DNA of 64,000 bases from Chlorokybus atmophyticus (lineage: Eukaryota; Plantae; Mesostigma and Chlorokybus algae), in the NCBI GenBank assembly GCA_009103225.1, contig RHPI01002402.1:653412-717411 (forward strand), given 5' to 3'. Positions within the stretch are counted from its first letter, which is position 1, and each line of letters starts with the position of its first letter. The position numbers were made by a program, and so were the translations under genes. Shown here piece after piece: positions 1-14,736 of this stretch. Below the pieces are notes generated by a model. It had not been told where the DNA came from. It did not search any database and saw only the letters and a list, made by a program, of their open reading frames with translations.

Positions 1-33
1 GGGGGGACATACTTCCCAAAGCGTCCCCTCAAC

Positions 34-3000
34 ATGCACGTGTGATGAGTCATCGTCAATACCAAGCTACATGAAGCAACACGCCATTACAGTCGTCTGC
101 ATCTCCAAGCCACACACTCAGGTTACAGACATTTTTGCGCTTGCAGGTGTCACTCAGCAAGTTGGACAATACTGCTCGGAGCATGCGTCGTCTTGCGCTA
201 TGCATGCGCACTGGACACTGGTCCACAGCCAAGTTCTGGTAAATGTCACGGCTACGAGAGCGCCATTTGCAGCACACAAAGCAAAACGATGGCAAGCTAA
301 TCACGTACCTGCTTCGCAGATGTACAGCGCAATGTGGCAGTCACCATTTCGCCAGCATTTCGCGGCATCATCCTGCTCGCTGGACTGCAGTCACAGCAAG
401 TGCCAGTCACGCTAAGTGACCCATCAGATGTTACGCTGACATTCCGCGGACAGCACAGCAGCAAGTTGCCTGGGAATGATCTTGTGAGTGCACGAGTACC
501 AGCAATTCAATATGCACTCATTGCACAAACGACAAAACCTCTTGTAGTGACTGACCCGGTAGGTACGGCTGGCAGGTGTTTGACCCACCGGAACTTGATT
601 TCCGCCGAGATGGTCCCAACACACTGTACTTCTCTGTCACAGCCACGGCCCCTGGGCAGTACACCGTCAGTTATGTGATCAGCGGTGCTGATGCTACAGA
701 CATAAAGTGGCCGCTCCAAGTAAGCTCAACTGTTGGGCTACCGTTCGATTGTCAAGCTGCTGATGCTTTGTCTTTCTCTCATAACGGAAGTCGTTGCCCA
801 GTGCATGTCTAACTACAGCATGATGCCAGGCTAGCATCATAAGAGTGAAGCCAAGGGAGATCTTTGCCATGAGGCCTCGCCTGGACGTTGCATACATCGG
901 GCGACCGTCAAGAGAAGTAAGAACCCTTCCTCACGAGCATATCACTCAACTACTTTGCACTAGTAGTTGTGCGATGACCTGCGGTTTGCTACAGTATGCG
1001 GTGTCCCTTTCCAAGCCCAGCAATGTGATGCTGGTTCCCCAAGCTGCTGGGGTTAGCTTCATACCAGAGAGCCTAGTCTTTCAGCGGAGTCTTCCACAAA
1101 CTGCCAGCTTCCAGCTGGTGGCTTCTGAGGATGCGGTAAGCTAGTTGACTCTGGCAGCATGCCAACAGCTGGATTGGCATGTAAGTTACAATGCTGCATT
1201 GGCAGGCTGAAGCGGGAAATGTAACAGTAACATACAAGGTGGAATGCTTTGACGACCAATGCGATGCTATGAACTTTGTGACACCGACACCACAACACCT
1301 CGTTGTGAAGGTAGCTAAGCTGTTCCTGCCACTGCCATGCCGCCATGCCACCTTGCTACTTGATACTGTGTCTACTTCGAACATTATTGATGCTGGTTGA
1401 GTTGTTGCAGAAGCGGATACAGTTGCACGTGCCTGCGCAGCTGCAAACTCGCATTGGCATGATCACACCGATTGCTGTCAGCTTGTCCTCTGCCTTTGAC
1501 GTGGTGGTAGGCATAAACGCCCCCAAGGTTAGTCCAATCACATGCGTTTGTCACTAGCGTTGTGTAGCTCACGCTCTCACAACTCATGCGCTTACACTGT
1601 GCTGGTGTTACCAGTTGCAGTTGAACAATACATTTCTGCGCTTTACACGAAGTGACGACATCTCTTATGTTGTCGGTGCTACTATGCATGATGATCACGC
1701 CAGTACCTGTCGCAACGAGACATCCGCATGCATATTTGAAGTGGAGTTTGTTGTGTCGGGCATCGACCGTGACTTGTTTGAGCAGCGCCGGTTCACCACC
1801 ATCCTGACCATTGCACCAGTGATATCTTTTGAGGTGCCTCCCCTGGACACCATCCTGTTCATAAACACCACTGCACCCGTCAGGGTTACACGCCCGACGC
1901 TACCAACACAACTGCATGAAGGCAATGAGTTGGAACAAGACGCGTATGTGAGAGTAAACATGACATGCAGCAGCAGCAACATCAACATTGAGCCTGCTGA
2001 TGTGCTATTCGGGCCAAACGACTATGAACATTTCTTCAATGTTACCGCTGCGGCTGTTGGTGAATACAGGTTGAAATTTGCACTGAGAGGTCCTGCTGCA
2101 CCTCAATATGACATAGTCGAGGAGCTGAAGGCTACGGCTCACCTGCCGCTTTTCAGTAATTCATTTGACTTTGAAGAGCTTGGAGTCGGCGGTCTTGATG
2201 AAGAGCTTAGGTCCATTGCTCGCAGAGCGTTTCTGAGTCACGTGCTGCCTGCCTCTGTTGTGGAAAACATTGGCATTACGCATGTACGCGGCATACTGCT
2301 ATACGGCCCACCTGGCTGTGGTGAGACAACCGGGTCATCAGCACATACCTTAATTGGAACGTTTGTCGGTGTAGATTTTGAGGCGCTGTATTCTGTCAGT
2401 CATTTCAATGATATTTGCACATTGTTATATCACTGCAGGAAAGACAACCATGGCGCGCCAAATAGGCAAGATGCTCAACACTCACCCTGCAAAGATCATC
2501 AATGGGCCGGAGATCATGAGCAAGTACTTGGGAGAGTCTGAGACAAAAATGCGAGAGCTGTTTGCTGAGGCGGAAGCTGATGAAAAGGCTGGGTCAGCTG
2601 GCAGTGGCAAGGTGCACTTAATTATCTTTGATGAGATCGACTCTTTGATGAAGCCACGCGGGCGCGGAAGGGGCGAAGCAGCTGATCAAGTGTATGACGG
2701 TGTCGCCAACACGCTGCTGTCTAAGATGGACGGCATGCAGAAGGTGTGGTAATGTTGTGTTCGTCAGGGATGTGCGTGCTTGAACACAATGTTAGAGTAA
2801 GCATCAACAAATAGTAGATAGGCATTGGTGTATCGGAACATTCATTCAGGAGTAACCTTTGACAATGCCAACAGCTGAACAACATTCTGGTGATTGGGAC
2901 CACAAACCGCAAGGAGCTGTTAGACTCTGCTCTTCTGCGTCCAGGGCGCTTTGACGTCCAGGTACGAGTTATCATCAACCTTCGTACATATGTGCAGACA

Positions 3001-4484
3001 TCACGTGCTGCAGCTGTCTTGCACGTGTGATGCTCGCAACGCCCAAATCAACTGAATTCAATATGCGGTACACTGCAGGTCAAGGTGGCTCTCCCTGACT
3101 TCAGAGGACGACTGCAAATTCTCCGCATACATACACGTCAAATGTTGAGGCATGGACACCTTGCAGCCGAAGTGGTATGCAGCAGCAGCAGCTATGGCAG
3201 CATTTACAAGAATTGCATGTCTCATTGTGAATCATTGGCAAACAGGATTTGGATGTGCTAGCAAACAAAACCGAAAGCTACACGGGCGCTGAGCTCGAGT
3301 CGCTTGTGAAAGGCGCAACATCATATGCAGTGAAGCACGTGTTGGAGAACGCATCTATTGGAGCAATGAGCAAGACCATAGAGGTATGGGAGTGATGGTT
3401 GCAGGGCAACCAACTGCCCTGTGACCGATGTGTGTATCATTGATACAGGTTGCTATGGATGACTTCCTGCAAGCTCTTGAAGAGATAGAGCCCGCCAATC
3501 GCAATCTCTCTGACCAGCTGTCAGCGCTGCTGCACAGCGGCATAGTTCATTATGGTCAGCACTTCAGTGAACTCGTAGCAACCCTGCAACGCATGGTAAC
3601 TCGAGCACAGGGCACTTGTCAAGATGCAACTTGGCCTCGCACAGCGTTTTCTCTTTTGTTGTACGGTCAACCTGGCAGCGGCAAATCCGCGTTAGCCGCG
3701 TACTTGACTCAAGAGTCTCAATGGGACTTTATCAAGGTCATCTCTGCAGAAGACCTGCTCGAGAGTACGGGTGATGCGCGCACAGATATGCTACAAGAGG
3801 CTTTTGCTGACGCATACAAAGGGAAAAAGAGTTTCCTGCTTCTTGACGACCTTGATGGGATGATCGAGCACGTGCACAACTCTGGTGCGTTGAGTTCCGC
3901 TTGAGTGGACCTCCTCACGACTGTACTGATGTGCTACATTCAATGTTGACTTCACGTGCATGATCACCTTACTCATCTGACCGCTACGTATACTGTGTCA
4001 GTTGTTGATCGCCTAATGTCTAGCAGGTGGTTCTACCGCTTGGAACAACGTGATGCTGAACACGCTGCGGCTGCTGTTGAAGCGGCAGCCGCCATCAGGT
4101 TGCCGTTTGTTGATTGTGGGAACAGCCTCGGCAGCCGTTCATATGCACCTAGCACAACTGTCAGAAGCTTTCGATGCATCAGTGGAAGTCCCTCAAATCG
4201 ACCAAAGAGATGACGTACGCACTGTACTGCATTCCACACACGCCTTCACCTCTCCACAAGAGCTTGACAAGAGCTTGGATCACATCGATCGTGGTATCAG
4301 CATAAAGATGCTGTTAACCGCTGTGGAGCTTTCGCGCAGCGCAAAGAATGCCTCTGCAACGGCGACTGACTTTAGGGAGCAACTGAAACACGTGGGGTAC
4401 TATCATCGCACGGGGCTGGCACCTGTTACACACGGCCCAGGCGGAAATGCCACTTATCAATACAATCCTGGCCATTGGTGGTGA
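34..4484 (+). CDS. NSF/Sec18-like AAA+ ATPase (D1-D2) with N-terminal signal-peptide-like segment and Ig-like repeats; about 15 exons
   Basis: Spliced D1: [23 protein letters not shown]...[11 protein letters not shown]|[12 protein letters not shown]...[14 protein letters not shown]...IIFDEID...[30 protein letters not shown]2: [16 protein letters not shown]...LLLDDLD...[20 protein letters not shown]. These follow the NSF consensus. Phase-compatible exons include 147-238, 341-483, 576-719, 830-916 and 1615-2321. The start exon 34-41 is tentative. Confidence 0.85.
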
Positions 4485-5640
4485 GATCTGCAGAATTTGT
4501 CTAGGCAGTGTACCTGTAGCCAATTATTGCACCATTGATTTAGTTTGATAACATTGCTCGCAGTTGAGTTAGCGCTTTACATTAGGCAGGCTACTTACAG
4601 TAGCCATTCTGCTGTTCAATGCCTTTGTTGCTGTTGCAAGGCTTCATGCTCAGTCATGATACTGGGTGCTGGAAACACTAGGTGCTGACAATGTGTCGTA
4701 CTCGCCATGGACATCTTCAGCCACTGATTCCCGGTACTTCCTTCACAATAATTGCAAAAACCCTGGCCCACAATCGACCTCCTCAATGTCTTGTAATCAG
4801 GGTTGCATTGTACGATGATGCTGGACACTTGATGCAGTCTGGTGTACGCACTAGCATGTACTCAGGACTGGTAATTTCTGTGTTTGCCATGGTGGTGATT
4901 TTGTGTGCTAATGGCCTGTTACTGTTGGGTACGTTGGAGGGTAAGGGCATGGCTGTACTGTTACTGGCTGCCCAGAGAACCAACTGCGAGTTAATAGAGC
5001 AATATGAGATCATGAACAGTTCGCACAGCACAAGCAAGCAGACTTACGCAACCCACACACACCAGATTAAGTTGGCCCAATGTGTGGTAGTGTACAGAAA
5101 ATGCAAGTGATGTATGCCAGGTGCATAGAATGTGGCATGCAATGGCGCATGCATTCTGCGCGCAAGGAGTGCAGCTAGCACACAGCATGCAAGCAAGTCA
5201 TGAACTACTGTATGTCAACTACCACTACCATTAACATTAACAACCCCCTTTGACATGCAAAGCAGCGTGTGGATGGCAATGGCATGCATAGGCAGTACTG
5301 AGTAACTGACTGACTCACATACCCTGCATGCATATCACAATGGCACCATCATGCACAGCCACATATATCCTGTGCATCATGCACATACCATAAAGGTGGG
5401 CACAAACCTTCGGACCATGCAATGCATGTACTTGGTAACATAAGACAGACACCGGCACGAGGCGGAGAGCATGGCCTTGGTGCAGCAGCACAGCGGCGGG
5501 TGTGCTGCCTTGCGCACATGCCAGTGGCTCCAAACCAGAGCTGTGCTGCTGGCCCGCAAAGTGCCCAACGATTGCCACGAACGACTACATTACGCAAACC
5601 AATAGCAGACTTGTCAAGTTCCAAGAGCAGCATAGCAAGT

Positions 5641-7565
<1,925 letters not shown>

Positions 7566-7732
7566 TTAAGCTTTGGGATATGCCTTCCACAAGTCATTCC
7601 GTTTGCGACTGCCATTGCCACTGCGTCCAGGCCCGGGGTGCTGGTGGCGGCGGCAGAGTGTTGCGGAGCTCGTGTAGTGGGGCCCAGCTCTCACAGTCGT
7701 TGGTGGGTCAGAAGTCGTGTATTGTGCGTGTA

Positions 7733-10409
7733 ATGAGGCGGCTAGGCGTCAGCACCGCCGTGCTGAAGCGTCAGGAGGTGTTCTTTCAGGAGTGGCTGCA
7801 GCTGCCTCTACGGCAGCTGCTTCTTGTGCTCCTCCTGCTTATTGCTGGACATCCTAGTTCTGCTCTTACTGAGAGTGAGAGCGCCGACGCGCCTGCGGCA
7901 ATCTCCCTGACGCCCGAGAACTGGGACGCCGCCTTCGCCTCCTGCAACTCCTCCTTCGCCATCGTGGAGTTCTTTGCTTCTTGGTGCCCAGTGTGCATAA
8001 GGTTCAAGGTTCGTCTGCCTACAGAGTAATTGTGTGCATAGTGTGCATATAAATACGCGCAATTGAAAATCTACTGTCGGGTTGCCAAGAAACCGTGCAT
8101 GCGCTCACCACCAGCGCATGCATGAGGTTGGGGCCTGCTCTCATTTTGGGAAGGCACATTACTTTACCCCGCCTTTAAGCAGTGCTGTCTAAACACGCTG
8201 TACCAATCTTCTCAGCTTCACTCATAATATGCGTCATGGTACTGTAAAGTTGTGGCTTGCCTGCTAGCTACTAACACCTACCTGCTCAACAGCCTCAGTA
8301 TGAAGTGGTGGCAAAGCGCTTCAACTTAGGTCCCCAAACCAACCCATCCATAAAAATTTTCAGTGTGGACTGCATGTCGCAGGTACCGTGCTCAGCATGA
8401 ACTATGAGAGTTCGGCTACGTTGCTACAGCCGTAATTGGACATTGGCTCATCACAGCACAACAACTGCAGGGAGAGCTTTGCCATCAATACAATATCGCA
8501 CGCTACCCCACTATGTATTGGGGAAAGCCCTCCACGTTTCTAAGTGAAGCCAGGGCTCGCAACGAGTTTGAGGTGCTGTACATCGAGGAGCGCACCGCGG
8601 ACGCACTACTTAAATGGATTAATGACAAGCTCAGCACGTATGTCATTGTTGTGATTGGTGCTGTCTCCCCTCATGGCAAGTAGTCGTATCAACATTGCTT
8701 GTGCAGGCAGTTCACTCTCAGCACCCCAACCGCTGCAGCAAGTTTGCCACCTGCAAGCAGCAATGCAACAGCAGTGTTGCCCAGCACGCGAGCGGATAAG
8801 AAGGTGCTTGCCCTTGCCATGCTCATGACAACACGCCTTGATTCGCCCATCACCAATTTCCTGCGCACATCTGCAGGTGGACTTGGTGGACATAGAGCTC
8901 GCCACCATTCTCAGCATCCAGTATCCGTTTGCAGGCCAGGTTGGTGCATGGCAACTTGAGTATATGCACTGTCGTACTCAGTCCGCATGTGTAGGGGCTG
9001 GGGTTGATTCGCTGCTTGCATGCGTATCAGGGCATAGACGTTGCAGCTTGAGCTGGTTCGGCTTTGTTGTAACACTTGTTGTGACAGTTTCCTCAATCTG
9101 CATCTCGCAGCAGCCTTGTAAAGTACCTGCACCTCCTGGCCTACCACCATCCCGTTGGCAGGTGCTGGACATGGTCATCAACTGGTTGGTGTTGTTGCTT
9201 CTTGCTTGCTTTTTATGGAGGCAGTTGCACAATTAGGTGTCGAGTTGGTAGCAAGCTATTGCTGGACACGCTGCCATCAGTATGGCCGCGTGGACGAAGG
9301 ACTGGACCTCGAGCTCAAAGTATGCTGCAGAGCTGGCGTGTTTGCGGAGATCGAGAGACCAGCGGCAATTGGGTATGAGAACCTGCTGTTAGATTTGTTT
9401 CATGTCCGATGACACATACAGCTTGTTAACACATGTGCTTTCTCATATAGAGCTCATGCCAAGGTAGCGTGCCAAACTCCAGGGGATTCAGGTATACTTG
9501 AGCAACTTGAGATCAAGAGTTGTACACAAACAATTGTTGGCTACACGCAGTTCAGCTTAGGTAATAGGCAGCGAACACAGTTACTGGCTTTGTATGCTTA
9601 TGTCTGCCTTGCTTGCAGCTGCGGACTTTGGCTGCTGTTCCACTCTCTTGCAGCACAGCTGGAAGATGGTGCGGACGGTACTGGCTTTCTGGATGCTGTG
9701 AAAGCATATGTACAGGACTTCTTTGTATGCGAGGACTGCAGCAGGCATTTTGTGCAGATGGCGTCTGAGTAAGTTGCACTGGTTTATGCATGTTTACAGC
9801 TCTACCAAGCTAGCCAACCCAGCAGCAGAAGCACCTTGCATTACTTACACTGCCTGCATGTACACAGTTCACTGTGCATCTTTAGGCTTGTTTATGCTTC
9901 ACTTAGTAGTGTGGTAATCAAACTCGAGCCAATGGCAGGCCAGACGCTCTGACTGTTAAAACCAAGGCCAATGCAGTCCTATGGCTATGGCGAGCTCATA
10001 ACCAGGTGTGTGCAGTATTGGTATTTAGTCCTCACACCTAACACCAGTCGGTCATATAACTGAAGATGCCTGTACACAGGTGAACGAGCGCCTGGCGAAA
10101 GATGACATGTCTATGGGTGCGCCGGATCCCGAGTTTCCCAAGCTGCAGTGGCCTACAGCAGATCTGTGCCCCCAGTGCCACACAGGGTCTGAGTGGAATG
10201 AGGTAGCTACCTACAACTTCTTGGTAGACTACTATGGCGCATCTGAACCCCAGGCAGCAGTGTTTTACCCAAGAGGCGGGCTGTCGTATTTGTCGACAAC
10301 AGACGGTGTGCCCCCAATGACAGCGCTCTTGCTGGTTGCGGGGATTGTTGTGACTGTTGTGGTGTTGGCAACCATCCAGTTACGGGGCACGCCTTCTAAG
10401 CTTAGGTAA
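7733..10409 (+). CDS. QSOX: Quiescin sulfhydryl oxidase (thioredoxin plus ERV/ALR domains), multi-exon
   Basis: Hydrophobic signal segment; VEFFASWCPVC thioredoxin CxxC; SRGFSCGLWLLFHSL; FFVCEDCSRHF ERV CxxC; LWLWRAHNQVNERL; WPTADLCPQC; C-terminal TM helix. Confidence 0.93.
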
Positions 10410-11329
10410 CAATTGAGTCATCCAGCAGCTGAGTGTCTTGGTATCATTATGCAGTAAGTATACATTGTTCTTATGGTGCTGATAGTTGTTGCTATGATGC
10501 AGTTCAAGAGCACGGCGTTTGTTCTGACGATTTTGCCCATGGGCTCCGCGAGCTCCGATCGGGCTGTTCCATGGGCGACGATCTAGTCAGATACTGAAGC
10601 GGTATTGACAACGACAATAGTGCAAGAGCGTAGTCAGCAGTAGTTGTTACTAGTACTTTACATTTGTAACCTAGTGTACAGTGTTGATCAGCAGGTTGGC
10701 TCACGCGTCCTCACGTAATGGCAGTGCATTTGATGCGCTGCAATGCATGTAAGCAGTGTGCACATTGCAGCAGCGTATGTTCCCTGATTGTTCTGCATGA
10801 TGCGGTGTTCCTAGTGCAGCCATCGCAGCGCTTGGGTTAATGGCGTAGCTCACACCAGCAATGTGTCCTGGCGATGCATTTGCCAAGGGCCAAATTGGTA
10901 TATGCATTGCTGCTGCGCTAGTCAGTTTGCTCTACGCCTGCTTTGTACCACAGTGATCAGATGGCGGGGGGGAGATTGTTGCAGCACAGTCATATTATGA
11001 GTATCTCGCGTATGGCCTGCCATATGCGACGCATACCCTATGCCTCGAGTTGGTTGAGTTTTGCGCAAGTTGTGTGCATGCTTGTGTCAATGCGCTCTGG
11101 TGCAAGTGGAGCCATGGTTGCAGTTGTGCCAGTATGCAACATATGGTGCACGCTTTGCACTGTATATACACATGTACAAGGTACGTGCGGTCCCGCACGT
11201 CAAACTAACAACGTCACACCACATCCCAGCGTCACTCCTGCCTACTCTTGCTGCCATAAAGGCTGTTCCAAGCACCATATTGACGTGTATAATCAACATC
11301 TGCATCTGCCACGCGCAACCGCAAGCTGT

Positions 11330-14300
11330 GATCACGTCTGCGCTTAGGTTAGAGCAGCATAGTACCATGAGCTGCGCTTTGGATCAATACACGAACTTGC
11401 ACACGCTGACAATCACGTCGAGGGCAACAAGGATGCTTGATAAATGCCGCACCCTAGTCACCGCTGCGAAATCCACATCAGAAGTGTGCATGGCAAGACC
11501 TTGGAGCCATGACGACAACACGCACCTCATCCACGTGTATAGACTTGCCTTGGCCGACGCCAATGCTGCTAAGGGTTTCCCTATCATCTGCTAGCTGTTC
11601 CTTCTGTCCCGTCTCCTGGTGCGATTGGTCAGCATGTAAATTACCGCAAGAGGGTGTGCAAGCTGGATGGCCTTATCTTACATCTTGCAGAGAGAGGATT
11701 TGCGCTGATGCCTTGATGCGAAAGAGACGCTCACAGAGCAACTTCAGGTTGCGTAGCGTCATTGAGCAGGGAAGTTTCTTGACAACAGATGTGCTTGTTG
11801 ACCGCTGAGCAGCCATGCAAACCAGTGTGACAGCTGCATAAGCAGAATCAAGCTTAGCGAGGTAGTTGGGTATTGTTTCATTGGGCAGGTAGCAAAACTA
11901 GGCAAGAGACACCACCCCTACCTAGCAGGTTGTCAGCGAGACTTCGCTTGGATGTTGAAAGAGGCTGCACTATGCCTGTTGTTACCTCGTGCAGCTGCTG
12001 CAAGTGTTTCAACCTGCAATCTCACATCAGCGAGCAGCAAGTGTTAAGGAACAGGACCTGCTGATTTCATGCACACCCACTATCGCGTCACCTGGGATGC
12101 AGCCGGTCAACTTCCTCTGCATCCTGTCCCACAGTACTGGCCAATAAAGACTTGACATACCTGGCTCACTCGTGATTAATCAGTTTGCACCCAATTGGTC
12201 AGTTGCCAGCTCAGGATGTCACTTACCCAATCTCAGCATCAATCCTTTCCTGTACTCTAACCTGCTGACCAAGAGCAATTACGCCAAACGGAGCAGTTGT
12301 AATACTCAGGGAAATCGTCCTCTGCACAAACCTCACTGCTGTTCAGTAGCTTCAGCTTGCCAACTTGAGCTATGATCCAAGCGCGCGCACCCTTGTGTCC
12401 ATCCGAAACCGGGTTCCCGGTGAGGCGTGTTTCCTGCAAAAGCATGGGCTGAAGGAACCGAAGGCAGCACACGTCCAGTGACGATTGTTCTCACACTACT
12501 GTTGTGAACAGCAGATCCCACCTCCAGGCATGGCAGAAGGTCCAGCATATGCAAGAAAGTCCAGTCCTCCAAGCAGTTGTTGGCTGGCACATACAACTGG
12601 CGTTGACAACCAACACATATTGGCACGATCCTTGCAGTGAAGTGCAGCGCGACTCACCCAAAAGCATGCAACTCAAGGATTGAAAACACCCTCTCTTCAG
12701 AAGCTCGTCCGAAATGAACATTTTTGGCAATCTGTTGTTGCTCATGTACAGCCGTTGCAGCCTGCATTGCAGTGCTTTGGCATTATAAGTGCATCGCTCT
12801 ATGTACGAGACATGGCTTTGCCACTGTGTACGTGTTGTGCAGGCATGTGGGTGCATTGCATCACGTTGATAGACCTACCTTGGCAAACGCGAAAGCACCA
12901 TCAACTCCTCCCAATCTGTAATCTGGTTGTCTTCAAAGTTGACCAGGGACAGATTGGGAAACTTCTCACCAAGTGCTTCAGGTGTGGTGGCTTCATGTGC
13001 GCTCTGAGTTAATGGTGTCACACAATAGCGCCACGCCAAAGGGCACCTCAAGTAATGTGAACTTACTTGTATTCGCTTGAGATCGTTGTTGCACAAATGC
13101 AACTCCTCCAATGCCGGAACATCCCGCGCGACTTCAAGCACCTACAGGTGCATGGGTATGCAGCAAGAGACTTGACTGCCATCTGCGCTGTGCTTACATG
13201 ATGCCGTCTGTGCGCAGCACCTGAGGCCAGGTGACCTTGCAGCTGTTCAGAACCAAAATTTTCAAAGCTTGAAACACTGGAGCCGGGGAGGCAGGCGCCC
13301 ACTCCTTGAGCCTATTTCGGCTCAGGTTCAAAGAGCGTAAGCCTGGAAGCTCGATGCCAAAAGCATCCGCAGCCTGATAAGCCATGATACTGTTAAGTTA
13401 TTGCAACAATCACTTGCTTCAGCTAAGTCATATATCCCATACCTTCCAGTCGGCAAGTAGATTGCCCGACAGGTCCAGCTCAACAAGCTCTACCGTCAAG
13501 CAAGAGATCGTTTCGTCAAGGCAGAACCCGCACAACAGCTGACGTGCACAGATTGCCACGAGCGAGCAATGCACCAAAGGCAGGTTTCTTGCAATACGTG
13601 GTTTCAAGAGAGGATACTGCGCGAAGTTGACGCGATCTCCCCGGGCGACCCTGCTGTTGCAACGGCGCAGTCCTCAAGGAAGACGCGCTGCAGCTGGTCG
13701 AGCTGGCGTTGCTTTGCAGCGATCTTGCCAAACCCGACGAGCTCCACTTGTACATGCTGCTGGCGCGAGGTAAGGACATACAGTTCGCCGTCATCTGCAG
13801 CAAGACAGCGTGGCACTAGTGCATGATAGCAGACTGCATTCTATGGCATGGCGTCACTGCACAGCCCATGCCACACCTGCGCGTTGTGAGTCTTGCACTG
13901 TGTCGGTTGCATACTTTAGGCGCAAGGCTTCAACAAACGTGACCTGCATCAACGATCACCGTAACCAGTGACAATCAATATGCAAGCTGCTGCTGGAGTG
14001 GTTGCACTAACGCTGTAACTAGTTTGCAACATGAACAGCATGCAATGCGCGAAGAACCTCCCGCAAAGGATGAGCTGAGCAAGAAGCATGCTTGACTGCA
14101 GCCGATGACACGTGCATTGCAAGCAGCGTGCATGCATACTCTGTTCAACATGGCTGGCCTGGCTGCATGCACGGGCTGGCAAAACAGAGAGAGCTTTACT
14201 CACCCCCGAAGTGATCTTGTGCAGCCTGACGAATGAAGCACCGGTAGGGTGCGCGCTGGAAAAGTAGCGCTGGCCACCAGTCGACCCGTTGTGCTTGCCT

Positions 14301-14521
14301 CTGGAAGGGTCGTCCCACTCCACCCCGACCCAAACCCCCTGCTGGCCAGCAACGGGCCCAACATACCGCACAGTCCCAGCAGCTGCAGCTGCTACTGCTG
14401 CAGGATCTCTGCTTCCGCCATCACCACTGCCGGTCAGCGCCACCCTCTGCCCCACCACAAACCCCGCTCCCCCTCCCCCTCCTTCTCCTCCTCCTTCGCC
14501 TCCTTCTTCCCCTGCCGCCAT
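11330..14521 (-). CDS. TBCE: Tubulin-folding cofactor E (CAP-Gly, LRR, C-terminal ubiquitin-like domain)
   Basis: GTVRYVGPVAGQQGVWVGVEWDDPSRGKHNG CAP-Gly motif; LRR exons (LRSLNLSRNRL, LEELHLCNNDL, LSLVNFEDNQITDWEE); C-terminal exon ...DDRETLSSIGVGQGKSIHVDE. The 3' end is approximate. Confidence 0.9.
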
Positions 14522-14736
14522 GCGCAACAACCACCCGCACAGCAACACCGAAAGCGGCAAATGGCGAGCTTGCAGCTTGCAGCCAAGGGCTGTGCAGTTC
14601 AACGCATCATCTATTGGCGTTGCAGACTTGGTTGTCGCCGGCGGCGGCGGTGGGCTTGCTGCAGGCGTGATTGCGGTTTTGGTTGCGGGTGTGGGTCGTA
14701 TTGCAGCCTCTGTAGCTTGGATGCTGGTCACTCTCC

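Noticed and set aside
4616-5580. ORFs between the NSF-like gene and RPL3
   Set aside because: No homology; consistent with convergent 3'UTRs.
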